Translations under genes and position numbers: made by a program
Notes under the pieces: model-generated
Database searches by the model: none
What the model was told of the DNA's origin: nothing
What the model saw: the letters and a program-made list of their open reading frames with translations, nothing else
Virus record (IMG/VR): IMGVR_UViG_3300005512_000154
Span: 1 to 34,513 of that record
Direction: 5' to 3' (one strand)
Origin: a virus
Lineage: Duplodnaviria; Caudoviricetes
DNA length: 34,513 bases
In this document: positions 8,732 to 16,424 of the stretch, one piece after another
Layout of the letters: each line of letters starts with the position of its first letter
Numbering within the stretch: the first letter of the stretch is position 1

Positions 8732-9715
8732 ATGCCACTGGAAACACAACTCGGCCACAAGACCGAGACGACATACGGCACCGCCGTCACGGTGGACCGC
8801 TTCGAGCCTTACCTGTCGGAGAACATCCAGCCCGAGACGTTCCGCACCCGTGTCCCCTCGATGCGGTCCGGCAAGCAGGCGGCCGGCTCGACCGAGTACG
8901 CCGCCGGAATCCTCGGCTACGCCGGGTCCCTCGAGATCCCGGTGCTGTCCAAGGGCTTCGGCGTCTGGATGGAGTACGCCCTTGGCGCAGTGTCCACCAC
9001 CGGTCCCACCGGCGGCGCCTACCAGCACGTTGCGACCATCGACCCGGACGCCTGCCCGCCGTCGTTCACAGCACAGGTCAACAGGTCGCTCGCTCCGTGC
9101 GGCTCAACCGACCAGGCGATGACCTTCGAGGGCTGCCAGATCAACTCGTGGTCGCTCACCTGCTCCGTGGACGAAATCCTGAAGTTCTCGTGCGAGATCG
9201 TCGCCGAGGACGGCACCACCGGCACGGCACTGGCAACGGCCAGCTACGCCGCCAGCACCGAACCGCTGACGTGGGCGGGCGCCTCGCTCACCATCGGCGG
9301 CACCTCGGTGCCGGTCACGTCGTTCACCCTGTCGGGCAACAACAACCTCAAGACCGATCGCCACTACCAGCGGGCTGAGACACGCCGCGACCAGGCACCC
9401 CGCTCGGACTACCCCGAGATAACGGTGGAGTTCGAGGCCGACTGGGACAGCCTGACCCAGTACAACCGGTTCGTGGCCGAGACGGCAGCCGGCACCCAGG
9501 CCGCCGTGGTCTACACCTGCGAGGCCCCGACGGCCATCACGACCGGCGTGTACCCCGGCGTCGTGGTCACCCTCGCAGCGGTTGACTTCACCAACGTGGC
9601 GGCGAACGTGTCCGGACCCGACATGCTGATGCAGTCCATCAGCGGCCTCGTGCTCGACAACTTCTCCGACGAACCCATCGACGTCACCTACACCTCGGAG
9701 GACTCGGCCGCCTGA
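8732..9715 (+). CDS. Major tail tube protein
   Basis: QLGHKTETTYGTAVTVDRF N-terminus, FEGCQINSWSL, Thr/Ser/Gly-rich 327 aa; synteny. Confidence 0.85.
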   Translation: MPLETQLGHKTETTYGTAVTVDRFEPYLSENIQPETFRTRVPSMRSGKQAAGSTEYAAGILGYAGSLEIPVLSKGFGVWMEYALGAVSTTGPTGGAYQHVATIDPDACPPSFTAQVNRSLAPCGSTDQAMTFEGCQINSWSLTCSVDEILKFSCEIVAEDGTTGTALATASYAASTEPLTWAGASLTIGGTSVPVTSFTLSGNNNLKTDRHYQRAETRRDQAPRSDYPEITVEFEADWDSLTQYNRFVAETAAGTQAAVVYTCEAPTAITTGVYPGVVVTLAAVDFTNVAANVSGPDMLMQSISGLVLDNFSDEPIDVTYTSEDSAA

Positions 9716-10152
9716 TGGTCGACTCCTACGTCCGTGTCGAGGGCATCCGTGAGCTGCGTTCGGCGTTGCGTCGGATGGGCACCACGGGTGCCAACAAGGC
9801 ACTGAGGGGCGCTCACAAGAGCGTCGCCAAGATGGTCGAGGGCGAGTCCCGCGGTCAGGGCACCGCGCAGCAGGTGAAGGCGTCCAGGGCCATTCTCGGC
9901 AAGGGTGACACCGACGCTGCGCTCATCGCCATCCGCAACCTGGCGTCGGTGCCGTTCGGCCTTGGCGCCTTCATGGGTGCGTTGCAGTACAAGCAGTTCC
10001 CCGAGTGGGTCGGCAACCAGTGGGACCTGGAAGCCGGCGAGGGACCGTATGTCATCGCCCCGATCATCGCATCGAGGCGCCCCGACATCATCGAGGAGTT
10101 CGAGCGCCAGATGCGCTCAGCGGCCGAGTCACTGGGACTCGACTGGGACTAG
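9715..10152 (+). CDS. HK97 gp10-like tail completion protein
   Basis: VRVEGIRELRSALRR N-terminus typical of this family; TGATG coupling. Confidence 0.65.
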   Translation: MVDSYVRVEGIRELRSALRRMGTTGANKALRGAHKSVAKMVEGESRGQGTAQQVKASRAILGKGDTDAALIAIRNLASVPFGLGAFMGALQYKQFPEWVGNQWDLEAGEGPYVIAPIIASRRPDIIEEFERQMRSAAESLGLDWD

Positions 10153-10170
10153 GCAATACCGGGAGGAAAC

Positions 10171-10533
10171 ATGCCACCACGCGACCTGCGCCGGTCGGGT
10201 GCCACCGACATCGTGATGACCATCACAGTGGACGGAGTGCCCTACCGGTTCGACCTGTCGAACATCACCGCCAAGATGGAGCTGGACCTTTACCAGCAGT
10301 CCGGAGGGCTACGGCTCACCAAGGTGATGGAAGAGCTACAGGACGGCGCCACCGGCTTCCACATCGCAGCGATGGTCTACCTGGCCCGCCGCTCCGAGGG
10401 TGACGACATCACCTTCGACGAGGTCGCCGAACACATGGGCATCGCATCCGAAGTCGACGTGCACGTCGAGGGTGAAGATGACGACGACGACACCCCCGAG
10501 GCCGACCGCCCGGAAGCAATCGCCGCCAACTGA
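10171..10533 (+). CDS. Tail assembly chaperone (gpG-like)
   Basis: GGGAGG RBS, acidic C-terminus, upstream of tape measure, slippery CCCGGAA near the 3' end. Confidence 0.75.
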   Translation: MPPRDLRRSGATDIVMTITVDGVPYRFDLSNITAKMELDLYQQSGGLRLTKVMEELQDGATGFHIAAMVYLARRSEGDDITFDEVAEHMGIASEVDVHVEGEDDDDDTPEADRPEAIAAN

Positions 10534-10682
10534 GGCGGCACCTTCCAGAGCTGTCGCACTGGTTCGGCATCCAGCCGGCCGACGTGGATGACATGACCCG
10601 CGGCGAACTGCTCGAGTACACCAACCGTCTGGCGAAACTGCCGCCTATCGGGTCGACGTTCCTCGTTCAGCCCAAGGAGTAG
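10509..10682 (+). CDS. -1 frameshift extension of the tail assembly chaperone (gpGT-like)
   Basis: -1 frame open from C CCG GAA (10509-10515) to TAG 10680-10682, reading ...LRRHLPELSHWFGIQPADVDDMTRGELLEY...; no convincing start of its own. Confidence 0.65.
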   Translation, partial: PGSNRRQLRRHLPELSHWFGIQPADVDDMTRGELLEYTNRLAKLPPIGSTFLVQPKE

Positions 10683-10685
10683 CAA

Positions 10686-12755
10686 GTGGCAAAGAACGAG
10701 GTCCGGATACACATAACGGGCGACGCCACCGCCCTCGGCGGTGCGCTCAATGCGGCCGAAGGCAAGCTGGCTGCCTTTTCCAACAAGATGAGGGCCGTCG
10801 GCACCAAACTCCGCAGCGTCGGCCAGTCGATGACCCTCGGGCTCACCCTGCCCATCGTGGGCGCCCTTGGCCTCGGTGTGAAGTGGGCCGGCGAGCTCGA
10901 GGACGCCCAGGCGGCCTCCGAGCAGGTGTTTGGGTCCATGTCCAAACAGATGGACAAGTGGGCCGACAACGCCGCCAAGAACTTCGGACTGTCCAAGGGT
11001 GAGGCCCAGGAGTGGGCCAACCAGGTCGGCATCCGCCTGCGCTCCATCGGCAACATGACCGAGCAGGAGGCGGCCAACTGGTCACAGACCCTTGTTCAGC
11101 TCGGCGGTGACTTTGCATCGTTCTTCGGTGGCACCACCGCCGAAGCGGTGCAGGCGATCAACTCGGCGCTCACTGGTGAGTTCGAGCCACTGAAGCGTTA
11201 CGGCGTCATAATTAACGACCAGACCCTCAAGGCCAAGATATTCAAGGACACCGGCGAGGAGGTCACCGGGACGCTGACGGCGCAGCAGAAACAGTTGGCC
11301 ACGCTCGGCATCATCATGGAGGAAACCGGGCTGGTGCAGGGCGACTACGCCCGCAACGCCGAGGGCGCCACCAACGCCCAGCGGACCATGACGGCCAGCC
11401 TCAAGGACGCCGCCACCGAACTGGGCAACGTGCTGCTGCCGTATGTGACCCAAGCCGTCCAGTGGATCACGAATCTGGTCGACAAGTTCAAGGAACTTGA
11501 TCCGAACATGCAGCGGATCATCGTGATCGCTGCCGTGGTGGTCGCAGCCCTGGGGCCGCTGATCTACATCCTGGGCGTGCTCGCCACCGCCATCAGCTTC
11601 ATTGCCTCGCCGGTCGGGCTCGTGATCGCCGCCCTTGTCGCGCTCGGCGCAGCCATCTGGTGGCTCTACAACAACAACGACGGGTTCCGCCGGTGGGTCG
11701 ATGATGTTATCGACTGGTTCCAGGAGAAGATCCCGCAAGCCATCGATTACTTCACCGACACCATATGGCCAAAGCTGGTCGACGCGTGGGAATGGATTCG
11801 TGACGAAGCATGGCCGATGCTCAAGGACGCGGCCGGCAAGATCCGCACCGCTTGGGACTGGATCTGGGATAAGGTCGCCGCCTTCATCGGATGGTGGAAA
11901 GAGAACGTCTGGCCGATCACCGAAGAAGTGATTGGGCTCATCGTGGCCGGCCACCGGTTCATGGTGAACGAGGTTCTGCCCAAGTGGGCGATCATCCAGA
12001 GCAAGATCGAGAACGTCCTCAACTTTCTACGCCCGTTCATTGACGCATTCTTGCGGGGCACTCTCGCCATCTGGAGTGTCATCTGGTCGAGCACTGTCGC
12101 TGTTGTCTCCTTTGCATGGAACCTGATTCGCGGCAAGGTCGAGACTGGACTTGCCTTCATTCGCGCATTGTTCAACGTCGCCGGCGCACTGCTCAGCGGC
12201 GCATGGCGCAACGTCTGGAACCTGGTCTACGGCGTCACGGCCGGCAAGATCGGGGAGATCGTCGGCTATGTCCGACGGCTACCAGGCATGATCCTCGGCG
12301 CCCTCGGCAATATTGGCGGCATTCTTGTCAACGCCGGCCGGTCGATTATGAACGGACTGCTTAGCGGCCTGAGATCTGCTTGGGCGGCGGTCAAGTCATT
12401 TGTGTCCGGCATCGCCGGCACCATTGCCAGTATCAAGGGGCCGCTTGACTACGACGCCAAACTGCTCGTCCCAGCGGGCAACGCCATTATGGACGGGCTT
12501 GGCGTCGGACTTGCCCAAGGGATGCGGGACATCGAGTCGATGATGTCGAACGTCGCCCCGTCGCTGTCGGCCACAGTGGCCACCACCACACCCGCCGCAC
12601 CCGCCGCAACCGCCACCCGCCCCACGACCGTCGGCAACACCTACAACGTCACCGTGAACGCCGGCATGGGCACCGACGGCGCAGAGGTCGGCCGAGAGGT
12701 CGTCGACGCCATCCGCTCCTATGAGCGGTTCAACGGGGCCGGCTGGCGGAACTGA
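10686..12755 (+). CDS. Tape measure protein
   Basis: AAGGAG RBS; 689 aa, Ala/Gly-rich helical with Trp periodicity; GEFEPLKRYGV motif; hydrophobic central segment. Confidence 0.95.
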   Translation: MAKNEVRIHITGDATALGGALNAAEGKLAAFSNKMRAVGTKLRSVGQSMTLGLTLPIVGALGLGVKWAGELEDAQAASEQVFGSMSKQMDKWADNAAKNFGLSKGEAQEWANQVGIRLRSIGNMTEQEAANWSQTLVQLGGDFASFFGGTTAEAVQAINSALTGEFEPLKRYGVIINDQTLKAKIFKDTGEEVTGTLTAQQKQLATLGIIMEETGLVQGDYARNAEGATNAQRTMTASLKDAATELGNVLLPYVTQAVQWITNLVDKFKELDPNMQRIIVIAAVVVAALGPLIYILGVLATAISFIASPVGLVIAALVALGAAIWWLYNNNDGFRRWVDDVIDWFQEKIPQAIDYFTDTIWPKLVDAWEWIRDEAWPMLKDAAGKIRTAWDWIWDKVAAFIGWWKENVWPITEEVIGLIVAGHRFMVNEVLPKWAIIQSKIENVLNFLRPFIDAFLRGTLAIWSVIWSSTVAVVSFAWNLIRGKVETGLAFIRALFNVAGALLSGAWRNVWNLVYGVTAGKIGEIVGYVRRLPGMILGALGNIGGILVNAGRSIMNGLLSGLRSAWAAVKSFVSGIAGTIASIKGPLDYDAKLLVPAGNAIMDGLGVGLAQGMRDIESMMSNVAPSLSATVATTTPAAPAATATRPTTVGNTYNVTVNAGMGTDGAEVGREVVDAIRSYERFNGAGWRN

Positions 12756-14026
12756 TGGCCGCCACCCTGCCAACCGTCAAGGTCGAGATCGGCACATCGG
12801 TTGGCACCACCAACTTCGTGCTGGACGACGCCACGCTCGGCAAACTCGACACCGGCGGCACCCTCGGTGACGTGCTCGGCTACGAACTGTCCGACATCAC
12901 CGACTCGGTGCGACTGCAAAGTGGCATCGTCATCAACCGTGGCGGCACCCGGAACCGGGGACCGTACTTCCGTGCCGAGACGGGCATGTGCTCGTTCGCG
13001 CTCGACAACCGTGACGGCGACTTCGACCCACTCAACCTGTCTGGCACCTGGGTTTCGGCAGGAGTGTCGCAACTGCGGCCGGGGCTGGTCGTGGTCGTCT
13101 CGGCCGTGCTCGGGGGTGCTTCCATCACCTTGTTCGTTGGCAAGGTCGAGTCGTGGAAGGTCACCTATCCAGGGCGGGCCATTGACTCCGTGGCCGAGGT
13201 CACCGTCGTCGACGCCATCGCCGAGTTCGCTGCCGCGAACAAGTTGGCCTCCCCGGTGCAGGGCGACAACGACAACGCTGGCGAACGCATTGACCGGGTG
13301 CTCGACAACATCGGCTGGCCCTCCCAGTGGCGCAACCTCGACACCGACGGCGCTGAGGAGTTCATCTCCACCGAACTGGCGCAACCGGCATGGACAGAGA
13401 TGCTTCTTGCCGCCGACAGTGCGAACGGCTACCTGTTCGTCAACCGTGATGGCTGGGTTACCTATGCGACCAAGTCCAGATTCCCTCGCACCGCCGGAAT
13501 GTGGTTCGCGGACGGCGGGGTGCCCGTCGATTCGCTCGAGGTGTCCACCGACGCCGACCAGGTATACAACACAGTCAAGCTGGGACGGGCCGGAGGCACC
13601 GTCCAGGGTGTCACCGATGAGACTTCCGCCGCCCTCTACGGCACCCGCACCTACAGCCGCACTGACCTGATCGTGGACACCGACTACCTGGTGGCCGAGT
13701 CGGCCGGCCACATCCTCAGCCAGTATCGCAACCTGCAACGCCGTGTGGAAAACATCCACGTCACCTGCGCGCAAGACACCGAACAGGCTGACTGGTCGGA
13801 TCTGTTGGAACTTGACATGCTGCGTCGGGTGTCATCCACGTTTGAGACGACAGACGGTCGGTCGGTGACCATCGACGGGCTGGTGCGCGGCCTGCGGATG
13901 GACATCAGACCCTTTACCTGGCGCTGGTCTATTTCCACGACCCAGGCGCCCGATGCGTTCGGCACATTCACGCTCGATGACATCGCACTCGGTGTACTCG
14001 ATACCGGCACACTCGCAGCCTTCTAA
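12755..14026 (+). CDS. Minor tail protein (tail tip/hub)
   Basis: Follows tape measure by TGATG; LDNRDGDFDP, GYLFVNRDG and SAALYG motifs typical of actinophage minor tail proteins. Confidence 0.8.
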   Translation: MAATLPTVKVEIGTSVGTTNFVLDDATLGKLDTGGTLGDVLGYELSDITDSVRLQSGIVINRGGTRNRGPYFRAETGMCSFALDNRDGDFDPLNLSGTWVSAGVSQLRPGLVVVVSAVLGGASITLFVGKVESWKVTYPGRAIDSVAEVTVVDAIAEFAAANKLASPVQGDNDNAGERIDRVLDNIGWPSQWRNLDTDGAEEFISTELAQPAWTEMLLAADSANGYLFVNRDGWVTYATKSRFPRTAGMWFADGGVPVDSLEVSTDADQVYNTVKLGRAGGTVQGVTDETSAALYGTRTYSRTDLIVDTDYLVAESAGHILSQYRNLQRRVENIHVTCAQDTEQADWSDLLELDMLRRVSSTFETTDGRSVTIDGLVRGLRMDIRPFTWRWSISTTQAPDAFGTFTLDDIALGVLDTGTLAAF

Positions 14027-14037
14027 GGGAGTTTCCA

Positions 14038-14661
14038 ATGGCAGCACAGTTCCAGACCTTCGTTGCGGGCAACGTCCTCACGGCGTCAGAGGTCAATGAT
14101 TACTTGATGAAGCAGGCTGTGATCGCCTGCGACTCGAGCAGCGACTATCCCGGCTCGCCAGTGGAGGGGATGGTTGTGTATGACAAAGCACTAGACGCCC
14201 TTCTTTCGTACACAACGGCCACAACAACGTGGAACCCTCCGTGGAATCTGCCGTGGGGTTACGTGGCGCAGACAAAGGAAACGTCAGACCGTTCATCATT
14301 CACCACTGGAACCAACCAGATGACGACCGTGGATGCGACGCTGGTCGATAATCGCCGCTACAGGGTGTCTGCGACGTGGTACAGGTTCGACTCCACTGTT
14401 GCTGACGACACGGCATATCTGTCGCTGAATGACAGCACTACCGTATTTGCCCAGATGTATACGTTTGTGGCGGGCAATAATCCGGGGACCGGTGGCACAT
14501 TCTTCGGCACCTATGATGCTACGGCCGATGGAACGGTAACGTTCCAGCTGACGGCTGCCCGTTCTGGTTCGTCCACCGGAACCTGGACTATGGGCGCCGC
14601 AGCGACAACACCGTTGACCATTCTCGTGGAAGATATCGGTCCGGCGGCGGCGCCTGCCTGA
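14038..14661 (+). CDS. Minor tail/receptor-binding protein candidate
   Basis: FVAGNVLTASEVNDYL N-terminus, C-terminal ILVEDIG, Thr-rich beta pattern. Confidence 0.7.
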   Translation: MAAQFQTFVAGNVLTASEVNDYLMKQAVIACDSSSDYPGSPVEGMVVYDKALDALLSYTTATTTWNPPWNLPWGYVAQTKETSDRSSFTTGTNQMTTVDATLVDNRRYRVSATWYRFDSTVADDTAYLSLNDSTTVFAQMYTFVAGNNPGTGGTFFGTYDATADGTVTFQLTAARSGSSTGTWTMGAAATTPLTILVEDIGPAAAPA

Positions 14662-15329
14662 TGGTCGCTCACCGCGGTCGCAACTGGCAACTCGCCCCAT
14701 CACTGATCGCACTGGAGGCCGAGGTCAACCGGATGGCTCCGGGCCGCTCGAAGCGCAGCGACGGCTCCATCGGCGACGCCAGTCACAGCGCCAGAACCTC
14801 TGACCACAATCCCGACAATGGCTATGTCGACGCCATCGACATCACACACGATCCGGCCCAGGGGATGGACATACACGCCCTGTTGCGTCAACTCGCCGCC
14901 CGTGGTGACCGGCGGGTCAAGTACCTCATCAGCAACGGCCAGATACACAACCCGTCGCGTGGCGATCCGCCGGGGCGGTGGCGCCGGTACACGGGCAGCA
15001 ACAAGCACACCCGCCACGGCCACATCTCGATACTGAACAGCGGCAGGCATGACACGTCGCCGTGGTTCACACCAGCACCAACACCGCCAGCACCGACGGT
15101 GCCGGTCGACGATGAGGAGGAAGAAGTGACAAAGCTGATCCGCAACGACCCGGCACAGGGAGGCGACGGCGGCGTGATCGCCGTGAACGGCTTCCTGCGC
15201 CAGAACGTGCCGTCCGAGGAGCTGCCCACATGGGTGTTCATCACGGGTGGCCTCGCCAACGTCGCCAACGTGTCGCCGGATGGCTTCGCCTTCTTCGTCC
15301 GCAACACCAGAGAGGTGGACGAGCTGTGA
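14661..15329 (+). CDS. Endolysin, zinc-peptidase (M15-like) catalytic domain
   Basis: SDGSIGDASH, SDHNP...DAID, YTGSNKHTRHGHISI metal-ligand pattern; Pro-rich linker; next to holin. Confidence 0.8.
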   Translation: MVAHRGRNWQLAPSLIALEAEVNRMAPGRSKRSDGSIGDASHSARTSDHNPDNGYVDAIDITHDPAQGMDIHALLRQLAARGDRRVKYLISNGQIHNPSRGDPPGRWRRYTGSNKHTRHGHISILNSGRHDTSPWFTPAPTPPAPTVPVDDEEEEVTKLIRNDPAQGGDGGVIAVNGFLRQNVPSEELPTWVFITGGLANVANVSPDGFAFFVRNTREVDEL

Positions 15330-15565
15330 CCAGCTACTCGACTTCCGACGGCGGCCCGACCCTGTGGGGCCGTGAGCCGGCGCTCATCCTCGCGGTCGTG
15401 CAGGCCGCCATCGCCCTCGCCGTCGGCTTCGGGCTCGACCTGACCGCCGAGCAGGTGTCGCTCATCACCGCACTGGTCGCCGCCATCATCGGTGTGCTGA
15501 TCCGCCGCCAGGTGTGGTCGCCCGCTTCGGTGCAGGAAATCGCCGACGATCCCTGGCACCCGTGA
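15326..15565 (+). CDS. Holin
   Basis: GTGA overlap with lysin; REPALI...GLDLTAEQ...RRQV two-helix membrane pattern. Confidence 0.8.
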   Translation: MTSYSTSDGGPTLWGREPALILAVVQAAIALAVGFGLDLTAEQVSLITALVAAIIGVLIRRQVWSPASVQEIADDPWHP

Positions 15566-15807
15566 GCCTGTTCGATCCCGAAACCGGCAAGGTGGTCGAC
15601 CGGGCGGCCCTCAAATCGGTTCACTTCAACGGTCAGGGCATGACGGTGCCGCGGTCGTGGGTGAACGACGACGATACCAAGACAACTGAAGTGCTCGACG
15701 ACAACACGGGGCGCCGGATGGCGCACACCACTGAGCATGCTTCCGGTCGGGTGGATGCGAACGTGTTCCCCGAACCCGTCAAGGCTGGCGCACATCTGCG
15801 TCAGTGA
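15562..15807 (+). CDS. Hypothetical protein
   Basis: GTGA overlap with holin; 81 aa. Confidence 0.6.
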   Translation: MSLFDPETGKVVDRAALKSVHFNGQGMTVPRSWVNDDDTKTTEVLDDNTGRRMAHTTEHASGRVDANVFPEPVKAGAHLRQ

Positions 15808-15840
15808 ACAGTCCACCACCAACACAGGAGTAAGTAGCAA

Positions 15841-16338
15841 ATGGCATGGTTCGATCCGGGTGGCGGCGCCACCTCATACGTCAACGGACAGTTCCTCGAG
15901 GACGCGCTCAACAACTCGGTTGCGTTCGACCTGGTGCAGGCGTCCACTACCACAATGAAGGTCGCACTGTTCAAGGAGAACATCACCGGCCAGGATCCGG
16001 ATGCGTCGGAAACCTACGGGTCTGGCGCCTACGCATCGACCTACGAGGTTGGTGCCACTGGCACCTATTCGGTCGGCGGTTCCGCCCTCACGGGTACCAC
16101 CCTCACGTCGGGTTCCGGTGTGCTCACCTTCGACGAGTCCGACTCGACAATGGAGTGGACAGGTGCGACGTGGGCGGATGGTTCCGCCCCGATCGGTTGC
16201 GGCATCTACGACGACAACCTGACCGACCGGCTGATCTGCGCGATCCGGTTCGGTGCGAACGACATCCCGGTCACGTCGGGGACGTTCACCATCACCTGGA
16301 GTGGCAGCGGAATCTGGTACGCCACTTACTACAGCTGA
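15841..16338 (+). CDS. Virion structural protein (fibre base/adaptor-like)
   Basis: AGGAG RBS; MKVALF...YSVGG...FD...LICAIRFG...GTFTITW pattern seen in phage structural proteins upstream of fibre genes. Confidence 0.7.
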   Translation: MAWFDPGGGATSYVNGQFLEDALNNSVAFDLVQASTTTMKVALFKENITGQDPDASETYGSGAYASTYEVGATGTYSVGGSALTGTTLTSGSGVLTFDESDSTMEWTGATWADGSAPIGCGIYDDNLTDRLICAIRFGANDIPVTSGTFTITWSGSGIWYATYYS

Positions 16339-16352
16339 CCGGAGTGGCTGAA

Positions 16353-16424
16353 ATGGCCGTCGTGGTTCGAGGTGCGAACGCCTCCACGGCGGCCGTTTCG
16401 CGCGCCCGCGTGACTGGAGCGTAG
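16353..16424 (+). other. 23-codon mini-ORF in frame with, and abutting, the fibre gene
   Basis: GGAG at 16341, ATG 16353, MAVVVRGANASTAAVSRARVTGA, TAG immediately followed by ATG 16425. Confidence 0.35.

Noticed and set aside
16422-16424. Genome-wide amber (TAG) recoding
   Set aside because: Other TAG codons (10150-10152, 10680-10682, 29595-29597) end genes at sensible positions, core genes are uninterrupted, and no suppressor tRNA is seen
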